DNA from: Psammoneis japonica
Taxonomy: Eukaryota
Reading direction: 5' to 3'
DNA length: 64,000 bases
Assembly (NCBI GenBank): GCA_008632985.1
Contig: QPGO01000129.1
Span: 124,001 to 188,000, forward strand
The notes below the pieces were generated by a model that searched no databases, was not told the DNA's origin, and worked only from the letters and a program-made list of their open reading frames with translations. Positions 24,774 to 36,037 of this stretch are shown here, piece after piece. Position 1 is the first letter of the stretch; each line of letters starts with the position of its first letter. The position numbers and the translations under genes are program-made.

Positions 24774-25835
24774 CGCTGCTTTTTGTGCTGAAAAGGAAAA
24801 GGCTCTTGTTGTGATCGACAAATTTGAGTCAGGAATGTGAGGAGTTGCAGTCTGGCACACCCATGACAGTGTGTGTTGCAGTCCTCTGCTGCAGAGTGGT
24901 GGAGAGTGGCACTCGGCACATCATTTTGCCCTCAGCCTTGCCCCTTGCCTCACAGCAGACAGCGGTTGTAAATTGTTGTCGTGCGTCCTTTGATGTCCTC
25001 GGATGTCCTAAAATTATGTCCTCATATGTCCTCAGTTGTTGTCCGCAATCGTCCACAATGTCGGCGACACACTACACTTATGCTGGTACGAAGAGACAGC
25101 AGGGCTGTCTAAATCAAAAATGTCCAAAGGGCATAGTCGTTAAGCAGCTTTCTTCCGATCGCTAAGCAGTCGTCGAATGTGGATCGGCCATTTTTTCCTT
25201 AATGGACATTTGATGAAATGAATGCTTTTTATGTAGGGATTGTTTTTGCTTCGAAGACATTTTGTTTGATGAATATATTATTTAACAAATTGTTAAATGT
25301 CTGAATAAGATACTGTAGAGACAAAACTAACAACGCACGGGTGTTCCTATCGGGTGTTCTTATCTTCAATCAATGACTGTGACTGGAGATATGACCAAAC
25401 ATTTAACGCAGCATCGAACCAAAAAGACTTATACTATCTGCTTCTCATAGTCGTACTGCCGCAACAGCAGACGCTACGCACAAAAAAAATGCGGTCATTC
25501 ACCGGGAAGCCAAGAGCAAGCTATGAGAACCCCGCAACCGCCGGCCGATCGTGGCAAAGGTCAGCGAGTTCAAAAACAGACACTGTGTACTGTGTACAAG
25601 GACACGCATCCGATGTCAGAAATAAACGAAAGAGGATTTGAATTGACAACCGTTTTCCTTTTATCACTCTTGGCACTTATGTAAGTTGCTTGCTGTTGAT
25701 GTCGACTGCTTTTGCTTCCTACAAGTATCATAAGCTCAGAAATGTGGTTGCACGTTGATGTCGACAATAAGAGCTTACCAGAACCAGCTCACTTTCTGCT
25801 TTCTTGTGCTTGGTTGGCCAGCGCTCTCTATTATT

Positions 25836-26462
25836 ATGAAGTTTCCTCCTTATACTCTCGTACTCGCACTCGGCCCCGCCATTACTACGAACAATACTAA
25901 TGGTACAATCTTCCCAAACAACACCAGCAATGCAACACTCTCCCCCGTCGTGAAAGAGGACCCCGGTGACGCTTTTACGGAGGAGGGCTACCTCGTTTCT
26001 CACATAAGCAAATCCCGCGATTGGTGTCTCACTGCCGTCAAGAAGACACGTGATTACGGGAACCTCGCCATCAGACGTTGCAGGTATTCCGCCTTAACTG
26101 ACGATCAAAAGTGGCAGATTTTCGAAAATGGTACGATCCATAGCGGCATTGATCATGCCGGTAACGCCTCGGACCGATGCGTGGTTGTCGGTCACCAGCG
26201 CAGATTCTTCAACGGCGTTCGATTACGTCTCGGTCCGAAAGGTTCGTGTGGATCTGGTAAGTTAAACCAGTTCATCACAGATGGCGACTTCCTCAACCTC
26301 ACCGAAGACTATATCAAGCTTCAGGATGACAATGAGTTTTGCGTCACCAACCGCGGTCGGAAAGCACACAACAGTGACATTATGCACGCCAAGCTGTGCC
26401 ATAAGAGGGACGATTTCCGCTGGACGTTCAAGCCGAAGAGTGAAGTGTCGTCACCGGGATAA
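25836..26462 (+). CDS. Secreted ricin-B (beta-trefoil) lectin-like protein, one domain
   Basis: Hydrophobic N-terminus MKFPPYTLVLALG, then WCLTA..C..DQKWQ, RCVVV and FCVTN..C..FRWTF subdomain pattern. Paralog of 29668-30903. Confidence 0.75.
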   Translation: MKFPPYTLVLALGPAITTNNTNGTIFPNNTSNATLSPVVKEDPGDAFTEEGYLVSHISKSRDWCLTAVKKTRDYGNLAIRRCRYSALTDDQKWQIFENGTIHSGIDHAGNASDRCVVVGHQRRFFNGVRLRLGPKGSCGSGKLNQFITDGDFLNLTEDYIKLQDDNEFCVTNRGRKAHNSDIMHAKLCHKRDDFRWTFKPKSEVSSPG

Positions 26463-26699
26463 GTATGCTTGAGCCTGCTCTCGAGATTGTAGCTTTCTCG
26501 ATTCGTTGTTCCCTGCAGTCCAACACTACAAATGCTACTGTATCATGTTTCATGACTTTCTGGGATGGGTGGGGGTGGGGCTATGATTTGTTAATGTGCA
26601 TGCACGATCAATATTCTTTAGTAGTTTTAGGGATACAAAAGCTGGACGAAAGAAGTAACCTGTAGACAGAAATGTCGTTATCTCCAGCACAGTCTCGAC

Positions 26700-27800
26700 C
26701 TCTACCTTTGTCTTGCAGTCGTCTTTTGAGCAATCCTGCCTTTTAGAATTCAAAGTTTGTGCTTGTTCGGTGGCTTGTTGTAAAAGGCTCGTGAAACACG
26801 CTAAGAATGATTTTTGCAGCAAGAGATTCAGAATTGTCCCTTGCACAACGTGCACAAGGTGCAAGTCAAGCTGACCACATCAAACAGAATGCTCACATCA
26901 GGAACAAGGGGAAACACATTGAGTGCAATGCAAACAGTTGAGCTGCCACCTCTTCCATTGGAAGCTGCTTTTTCCACAAAATCTTGATGCTGTGAGGACA
27001 GAAGGCATTTCAAGAACAAAATCTTCAAGAAGTGACAAAAGCTCGGGGTTGCAGGCAAGAAGCAAGAACAAAGCATTTGCACATGATGAATTTGGCTGCA
27101 GCAACACATCAAGCTTGACAAGAGCAGAGATTGTGATGAGCTGCCCAGCTCCCACACAACCCCCACACACTTGCCTTTTGTGCCGTTGTTTGTTGCCAGC
27201 AGTGGAGACCAGCCACACCACAACGGTGTTTTGTCTCTGGAGGCTCCTGGTGACCACTTGGAGTGCTCTCCATGAAGATGGCAATGAAGTCAGAAATGAC
27301 AGCAGCAAGGCCAGCACCAGCTGTGGGTGACCCAGCTTTGCAGCCATGGCATGTGCAAGCTGATGCCAGCCACAAGTCACACAGAGCGAGAGATGGCCAC
27401 AGAGGAATGGCGAGCCCCAATGAGTTGTCTCTGTCAAAAGAGAGGGTGCCCTTGTGTCTTGCAATCATCACCCCTTTTGTTTGGGACAAGCCCCAGTTGC
27501 TTGGAAATCAAATTGAAGTTTGCAGCATGTGCGGCACTTGGTGGTGCTTTGCACTTGGAAAACTGTGCTGCTGCACAGCAAGAGCTGTGCTGAATCACAC
27601 TGCATGCAAGGGTTCCACTTGCGAGCATCAACGTCAAGGTTGGACCTCATTCAAGCAGCAGCCAAGTTTTAATTTTTTTGCTGCACATTGAAAAAATCAC
27701 CACACTTCAACCGGCAGTGGAAAAATTGCATGTCTTTGCAAGGGGGCCAGCAACTTTTGTCAAAGAAAGAAACTCAGGTGCTCTTTGTTTTTGTGTTTTG
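26700..27800 (-). pseudogene. Hypermutated paralog of the PIG-T/GPI16-like gene
   Basis: Aligns with about 31250-32100, e.g. gtgcaagtcaagctga..atgctcacatcaggaaca vs gtgcaagtcaagctga..atactcatatcaggaaca. Peptide LVPDVSILFDVVSLTCTLC vs PVPDMSMPFNVISLTCTLY. May extend to about 28600. Confidence 0.8.
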
Positions 27801-29667
27801 TGCAGTCAAAGACTGAGCATTGATTGTTTCTTTGAGCTGTGCCATGCCTCAAGAAGACATTTCATGCAAAGGAAAAAAGCAGACAGCAAGCCACCAAATG
27901 CTGCCCTCAGCATTTTTCAAAAGAGAGCGTTGTGATGTGCTTCAATCAAGCACCACAGCCAACTGTTGCAAGTCTGGGCTTTTTGTTGTTTTGAGCAACA
28001 TTTGGTTGGCTGTGGCTCAACAAAACAAAACCCAAAATCCCTTTTTAAGGTGCTGCGCTGCTGCACTTTTGCCCCGAAACTCCAGCAAACAAGCCAGCCC
28101 ACACTCCCAGTGCACACAAAGTGCAGCAGGGGTGTGCAGCAATCAGCCTAAATTGGTGTTGCTGCAAGGTGATTGGCTGGCTGCAGTTCAATCTCACATC
28201 GTGCCAACAACTGGCACACTTGAGTGCGCACCCTCTTGTCAGATGACCCTTTTGAAGTCACATCAAATGAGCAAAAATCATGCGCACAAAGCCGCGCATT
28301 GCACGGTGTTCATTGAGAGCCAAGACAAGCTTGGGCAAGTGCAGCTTTTCTTCATTCAAGAACATTGTTGAAAAAGCTTGTGTGTGCATGCAAACAAGCA
28401 CACAGCTCGCCACATGGCCAAATGTTTCAGAGCAAAAGCTGCCAACTTGGCAAGAAATGGCCCCACAGCTGTTGTCTCAACAGCAATTTTGCAAGCAGCT
28501 GCCTTTGCATGCTTGCTGCCAAGCTTTGTTGTTTGCAGCAAGGCAACCTGCTGCTGCCTTTTGTGGTTTGATTTTGAGTTGCACCTCAATCATGCCCATC
28601 ATGGTCGTGCCCACTTGCATCTGATTGAATGTTCACACACCATGCAGAGCAAGCTGTTGGGATCTGGATGTTTTTTGGTGCTGTGCTAGAGCAGCAGCAT
28701 GACCAATGAGCAGCATGGCCAACGGTGGTGCACGGCATCTGTGCACCCACACCAAGAGGAGCTGATCTGCTTGGCTCTTGACAAGGCACTTTGCCCAACG
28801 ACGTCATCTGCTGCAAGCCCAGAGATGGTGGTTGTCATCAGCTGTGCAGCTCTGTGAACATTGTGTGCACTGCAGAAGCCAGGCATTGCATGTCTTGCCT
28901 GAAACGCAGGGCAGCAAGCGACTCTGTGAACCCTGGCCAAGCATTTTCTTTTGTTCTTTCGGCTTGCCCTCACAGGAAGAAGGCCAGAAAATGGTGCTGG
29001 AAACTTGGGCAGCTTCACAGTGCCACCCTGTTTGCCATCCCTGGTTCACTCCAAGTCTCTTGGCATCTGAGAATCCATCGACTGGAATTGCCCAACTAAA
29101 AAGTGCACTTCTTGTCTGCCTCTCTGAGTCTGTCCATCCCACCAAACAGAGTCGCTGACACCCCTGACACCTGACACACCTTTTCTGTTCACTTGTCTTT
29201 GTCACACACGACTTGACTAACTCCGTCTGCGCTGTCTGTTGATCACACGAGTGGGTAAAATTTGGCGCCCCCTCCCCCCGGATGACAGCCAGCCCTACGT
29301 ACAGTAGTGGAGTGCCGTAGTGTTTGCTACGTCGTAACGTACACCATTCGCGGAGTTGTCACCGGCCAAATATTTTTGAAACACCCCTTCTACCAGTAAA
29401 TCCATCGCCGGTCTGGGTCGTGTGGTCAACGAGTTATCCGGAAAATAAGCGAACCCTCCTCTCACAAAATTGTTTCACTGTTGAAGTGATAAGTGCTTTT
29501 TCTTTTATCATCCTTTGCAGTTCGTAAGTTGCTTGCTTTTGATGCTATTGACTGCGTTTGCTTCTCTACCAGAAACTCAGGAATGTGCGAATTGATAAGA
29601 GCTCGTCAGAACGATCTCACTTTCTGGTTTCTTTTGTTTTGGTTGTTGGCCAGAACTGACCTTTGTG

Positions 29668-30903
29668 ATGAAGTTTTCACCTTTTTCTCTCCCGCTTACA
29701 CTAGCCCTCGTCATCGAGAACATCAATGGCGCACTCGCCCAAGACGATGGCGTCGGCGCCTCTACGGAAGTGGGCTACCTCGTTTCGAAAATCAGCGAAA
29801 AACAGGATTGGTGTCTCACTGCCGTCAAGAAGACACGTGACTACGGAAACCTCGGCATGAGCCATTGCAGGTTTTCCGCCTTAGCTGACGATCAGAAGTG
29901 GCAGCTTTTCGACAATGGTACGATCCACAGCGGCATTAACTATGTCGGTGACGCCTCGGACCGCTGCATGGTGGTTGGTCACCAGAGTAGGTTTCGCAAA
30001 GGAATTCGATTGCGTCTAGGTCCGCGAGGTTCGTGTGGATCCGGTAAATTGAACCGGTTCACCACGGATGGAGGCCTCCTCAGCCTCACCGAGGGCTTTA
30101 TCAGGATCCAGGATAACGACGAATTCTGTGTCACCAACCGCGGTAAGAATCCCCACGAGGGCGACATTATGCACGCGAAGGCGTGCTGGATGAGGGATGA
30201 CTTCTTCTGGACATTCAGGCCAGAGAGTGAAGTCTCCCTAGGGGATTCAGAGCCATCGAGTGAAGTGCCGCAACCAGGACCATCACCAGACGATGGCGTT
30301 GGCGCCTCTACGGAAGTGGGCTACCTCGTTTCGAAAATCAGCGAAAAACAGGATTGGTGTCTCACTGCTGTCAAGAAGACACGTGACTACGGAAACCTCG
30401 GCATTACCCATTGCAGGTTTTCCGCCTTAACAGACGATCAGAAGTGGCAGCTCTTTGACAATGGTACGATCCACAGCGGCATTAACTATGCCGGTGACGC
30501 CTCGGACCGCTGCATGGTCGTTGGCCACCAGAGTAGGTTTCGCAAAGGCATTCGATTGCGTCTAGGTCCGCGAGGTTCGTGTGGATCCGGTAAGTTGAAC
30601 AAGTTTACCACGGATGGAGGCCTCCTCAGCCTCACCGAGGGCTTTATCAGGCTCAAGGATAACGATGAATTCTGTGTCACCAACCGCGGTAAGATTCCCC
30701 ACGAGGGCGACATTATGCATGCCAAGGCGTGCTGGATGAGGGATGACTTCTTCTGGACATTCAGGGCAGAGAGTGAAGTGTCCCGAGGGGGTTCACAGCC
30801 TTCGAGTGAAGTGTCGACACCGGTACCATCACCAGATGAGAGTTTCGTTGTGTCGACACCGGTACCATCGCCAGATGAGAGTGGGCTGTCGCCATCAGGA
30901 TAA
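29668..30903 (+). CDS. Secreted protein with two tandem ricin-B-like lectin domains and a Ser/Pro-rich tail
   Basis: Signal-like MKFSPFSLPLTLALVI. Near-identical 546-bp internal repeat (units start 29743 and 30289), each with DQKWQ and FFWTF motifs. Confidence 0.8.
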   Translation: MKFSPFSLPLTLALVIENINGALAQDDGVGASTEVGYLVSKISEKQDWCLTAVKKTRDYGNLGMSHCRFSALADDQKWQLFDNGTIHSGINYVGDASDRCMVVGHQSRFRKGIRLRLGPRGSCGSGKLNRFTTDGGLLSLTEGFIRIQDNDEFCVTNRGKNPHEGDIMHAKACWMRDDFFWTFRPESEVSLGDSEPSSEVPQPGPSPDDGVGASTEVGYLVSKISEKQDWCLTAVKKTRDYGNLGITHCRFSALTDDQKWQLFDNGTIHSGINYAGDASDRCMVVGHQSRFRKGIRLRLGPRGSCGSGKLNKFTTDGGLLSLTEGFIRLKDNDEFCVTNRGKIPHEGDIMHAKACWMRDDFFWTFRAESEVSRGGSQPSSEVSTPVPSPDESFVVSTPVPSPDESGLSPSG

Positions 30904-31184
30904 TTACTCCTGTGTCTATATCATCCTGTCGTCGACATTGTAGCGTTCTCGTTTCATTATTCACAGCAGTCCATTACAACTGCATATCAAGTTTCAAAGC
31001 TGGCCGATCGTAAGCACGAGTAAGAGATATCGTGTCTCCAGCTTTGTCTTACTCTACCTTCGTTTTGTTTCATGATTTTCTCGATTCATATGCTGTAGTA
31101 GAGATACGAAAGCCGGCGGAAAATAAACTATAGCTAGAATCATTGTCGCTCTCTCTCTCTTTCTTTGTCTTGCAGTCTCTTACT

Positions 31185-32990
31185 CTACGTTTCTCTTATC
31201 ATTACCGTGTGGCATCTTGTCGTGTCCCAAGGACTTGACCCTTTGAACAATCTTGCCTTTGAGAATGCGAAGTTTGTAATTGGATGGCTTGTTGTAAAAA
31301 GCTCGAGAGAAAAACGCTCGGATGACTTACGCAGCAAAAGATTCAGAATCGTCCCAAATATAAAAGCGTACAAAGTGCAAGTCAAGCTGATGACATTGAA
31401 TGGCATACTCATATCAGGAACAGGAGGCATAAGCAACAATGGTCCATTTGAGTACAAGGTATACGGCCGAGCTGGCGGCTTACATTCCCTGACACCTGTT
31501 CCAGCGGAAGCTCCTTCCAAAATTACCGCTGAGGACGGAGGCATTTCAATTCCTCGATTGGAATCAACCGGGAATTCTTCAAATGACAAGAGCTTGGGGT
31601 TGTAGTCAAGTGAAGCCGTCACACGTGAATTCGGTGGTAGAATCATATCAAGCTTGACAACAGCAGTTCCGTTTTGGTAGAATGACACGCCGTGATGAAA
31701 TATCTAACCAACATCCTGTTGGTTGGCGGGCCACACCGACACAGTTTCGTCCCTTGCTACATTACCAAAACGGTGTACAACTTGGAATGATTTCCACGAG
31801 GGCAACACAAAGTCGGAGACTACAATCGTAAGGTTGAAAGCTGTAGATGCAATCTGGCAGTCGTAGTCTTGGTCTGCAGGATGATGAGCCTCCGTGATGA
31901 GAGTGCCGGTGTTGGAAATCCCTCGTGGCCGTAGAATTGTTTGGGACAAGCTCCAGTTGCTGTTTGATGCAAGTTCTTGACGTTCCCGCTCATTGAAGGA
32001 TGAGGTGATTGGAATCATGGCTTGATCAAATGGACCACCGTCGTTGAATGAAACATTTTTACAAGAGTTTTGATTCGGGGCCGATTCGTACATCCTTATT
32101 GTTCTCGTCGACTCGGCAACCGGGCAAGACTTAAATTCGAGTCTTTGCTGCTTGCTATCCTCTGAAATAGGCGAGAAAACGGTATGAGCTTCGATCATGT
32201 CGCCCTCTCCAGTGTCACACCGTATCGTATTCTCCGATGAATATAATGATGAACAGGCGATGTTGAGTCTTCAACGCAAGAGGCCTTCAAGTCTATCCAT
32301 TTAGATCTTGGTACGAGCGAACTTGTCGTTGATGGGGACGTCCCCAGCAACACATTCGACATGGAGCTTGTAGACATGATGGAGCCCAAGACCCCGGTAT
32401 TAAAACAACTTTGCGGCGTCAGCGCCGTTTGGAATGAGCTCACACCTTATCTATGCAGATAGACATGGGACCAATTTCTGTCGGCAGAACTACGGTTGCT
32501 TTCCAAACATTAGCGACTTTATTATCTTCTCTCCTTTCAACATGGATCCATCGATGTAAGCAAGGAGAATCAACTGAATCAAGTGATGCTAAAACGATGC
32601 GTCTGTCGGCCAAGTGAGATATAGGGTGGTAAATTGGATTCTCACTTGATCTTCCGAGCGGTTCTCGTCAAGAACAAACCAAACCATAATAGAAAGACCC
32701 GATGGACTCGAATATGGTGAGATGATATAGCCATAGGTTTTTGATAGCATGATGAGTCTTCCCACGAATCAGGGCCGTTGTTGTGTTGATAAGCATCCAA
32801 CGACGAAGATGTTGAAGATGAGGAAGTTTGAATCAAGATACGAGACGCCTGGAGCATGGAACCGTTTCAACACTTCTTTTACTGCATATGGAAACGGTGT
32901 TGCCATTGTAACAAGGGAAGTTGCGTGTGTTTCCAGTCTCACTCGGAACGTTGGCCAGTGTCTGTTTTCTACTGCAACCCCAGAATCCAC
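31185..32990 (-). CDS. PIGT: GPI transamidase subunit PIG-T/GPI16-like gene (frame interrupted; possibly a pseudogene or spliced)
   Basis: LLSFEEFPVDSNRGIEMPPS and PLLLMPPVPDMSMPFNVISLTCTLYAFIFGTILNLL match the PIG-T C-terminus (PDFSMPYNVICLT-type motif). Split among ORFs 31185-31688, 31704-32198, 32195-32443 and upstream pieces. 5' end approximate. Confidence 0.8.
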
Positions 32991-35900
32991 AGATCACAGA
33001 TCCTCTTGCAAACCGGGGACACTGCAACCCGTTCCGACAAGAAAACGGGACAGATTTGTCGCACAATGCCATTGTGAAAAGAAAACGACTGCAGGATGGG
33101 TGCAGTCAATGCAGTGCTGCAGCGGGCAGGAACGGCTTCGCTCGTTGCTGCGTCGTTGGCTGCATCAACATCATTGTACGCATGGCTACGTGTGATCGCC
33201 GCGATGAGCTTCTTCACTTTCTTTTGCCCATCACGGAGAAGCTTTTGGCCCATTTAGGCCATCCAAGGAGCGCGCAAATCGTCGTGGGCGAAGTTCTGTG
33301 TGTGCCGTGTTGGGTTGCAGTCACGGATGAAGATGTGTGGTTGGACGGGGGGAGTGACGCAGTCTCGTTGTGGCCGTCGATCTGCTGCATGTCGACTCCA
33401 GAGACTGCACAAAATGAATGATGGAAATGTCAAGCGACACTGGCGTGATCGGAAGGTTGTCCATTGTCGACATCATGTTTGTTTGTTGCACACCACCACA
33501 GAGAGGTGCAGTTTGACAACAAACTTCAAAGCCGTGCGCACAGTTTTTTTTTTGTTGCACCGCAGGGGAAAAGAGTGGCACCGCGAATGAGTCAATCACA
33601 ATGGCACCATCATTGTTTGCACCTTTGCATTGAGGTTTTACCGTGAGCGGTGTGAGCGGGTCCAGCAACGAGACAAACGGCAGATTGGTTGTTGGCGCCA
33701 GCAGAGGTGCCGAGCTGCCCTTGTTTGAGCACAGCGCAGGAGATGAGTGCTCTTTCTGTGCACCCTTTTTGCCCACAACAGATGTCAGCACCTCTTTGCA
33801 ACATGTCTGGTCAATTTTTGGTGGCAGCAGCTTTGGCCACATTGTTGCTGACGAGAATGTCGCGCCTCAGCTGGCACATGTCGCCACACTGGGCTGTGCT
33901 TCTGCTCGTGCTCAAATTTTGCAGTGTGGTGCCAGATCTGCTGTCAGCTTCTGCTTGAACATTGAAAAAGCAAGCTGCAAACTTAAGAAAAAAGCAACAA
34001 AAACTGCCAAAAAAGGGAGGGTTGGGGGCAGCACAAAGCTGTCTTGAAGGAGAGCAGCAGGAATCAGAGTCAATCAAAGAAAACAAGAAGATGAGGCCAG
34101 CAACAATGGAAAGATCAAGAGCATCAAATCTCAGCTTTAAATGCCTGCAAAGTCATTGAGTTCAGCAGCAAAGTTGTGCCCATTGAAGCCTTTGGTTGAG
34201 AGCTGTTGTTGTTGCAAAAGTCACAAACAATGCCTGCTGCTGCACTGTGCTGCATTTCTGACATGCGCAGATGATGTTTCAGGTTTCATTTGACAGGTCA
34301 CCTGGTGTCAACAAGAAGCATGCATTGCAGACACAGGCTGGCAGAAACCAGCGTGATTTGAGAGATTTGATCGTAGCTCAACTTTGCAAAGAGAAGTGCC
34401 CCAGCACTCCCATGTCAATTTTTGGTTGTGGAGTTAAAAAAGAATGGCTGTGAAGGAGTCCTTTTGGGTGAGAACATTGAATCTGCTCAGTTGGCTGTGC
34501 TGTGCAGAATTGCACAAAGACCACATTGTGGCATTTTGTGCAGCTGGAAGCACTCACATTGACAGAGTGCGGTGGCTCTGCTCTGTGTCTGCAATGTGAA
34601 ACTTGCTGCTGGTGGCGCACCCACATTGGTTTTTGGACATCGTTGTCTCTTTGGAGTGGGTGCCCCAGAGGGGGCCCCACACTGCTCTAAAGCTTGCTTG
34701 GTGCACAGCATCCAAAGAGTTTGTTTTTAGTGTGGCCCACAATGCTCTGTGACAATGACAGCTGCACATTGAAGATCAATGTGTGATCTGCAGCATGACA
34801 AAAGGCTGGTGGACATCTGACTTCTTTGTGGCAGGGGGTGACTTTTTGTCATTTCTGGAGTGCAGCCCAGCATCTCTCTTGAAACTTTGGGGTGCGGCAG
34901 CTTGCAAAATGTTCAGCAACCATGGGGGTTTCTTGCACCTAATTTGGAGCTGTGCTGGCATGGCTTTTTGGAACAATCTGAGCCAAGTGAGGTGGTGGTG
35001 TGATGATGAAATTGCGCCAACTGATCTCAAGTTGTGCACAATTGCCTGTTGAAGTTAACTGGTGCAGTGCACCCTTTCTTGGTCTTCACTGTCTTGTGTT
35101 TCTCTTGCTTTTGAGCCTGCTTGAGGCAGCTTTTGTGGTTGTGTTCATTGAGCATTGAGCACATCATCTGGGATGCCAACAATCTGGGTCTGGTGACTGC
35201 CTGTCACAATCTGGCCATTTCTTGACTTCACAATCCCACATGTTTGTGGACTTGTGAACCAAGTTTTTTTTGGGTGTTAGCTCAGAACCAATTGGGTTCA
35301 TGAGCTTCTTGATTCTGGGTTGCACCCCACTTTGAAGTGTGCACATTCTTGCCCACAATTTTGCTCTCAGCCCTTTTTGACATTTGCTGTTTGTCGTTCC
35401 TCCTTCATCACCTCTCTTGCCACTTGCAATCCACCATCCTTGCCTGCATCATCCTTCTGCATTTCATTCTTTGTGTTGTTGCATTGAAAGCAAGTGTTGC
35501 AGCTGCCATTGTTTCTCAACTTTTAATTGCCTTGCAATTTGCCTCTTTGTTTTGCTGTTGTTCGCATTTCATTGTTTGCTGCAATTTGTGTTCACACACC
35601 AGTTTGGTTTGTCCCCACTGCTGCAATTGCTTCTGCGCCATTGCTGGCAGCCACTGGCTGCAAGGGCAGGTGCTCTCCATCAGCATGGCCCGCCCACCCT
35701 CTCTCTCCTTCCTCTTCTCCTCTCTCTTGCATTTTTTCTCTGTGCCTCCTTGGACAAGTTTGACTTCTCTTGCCTCTGTTCCTTGAGCCATGCACCGAAT
35801 CTTTTGTTCTCCTCCAGGTCTTTCATCACCCACTTGCACAGTTCATTGCACTTCTTGATCCCCTCCTTGCTCCATCATCCTTGGCTTCTTTTGGCCATTT

Positions 35901-36037
35901 CCCCCTCTCAGCCATTGTGGCACACTTTGAAGGTGCAGCATCCTCTGCCATCAGCTTTCTTCACCTTGCAATGTCACTGTCCTGCTTTTCCAATTTTTCT
36001 GCCATGTCAACCACCTTGTCACAGCAGTTTGGGTGCA

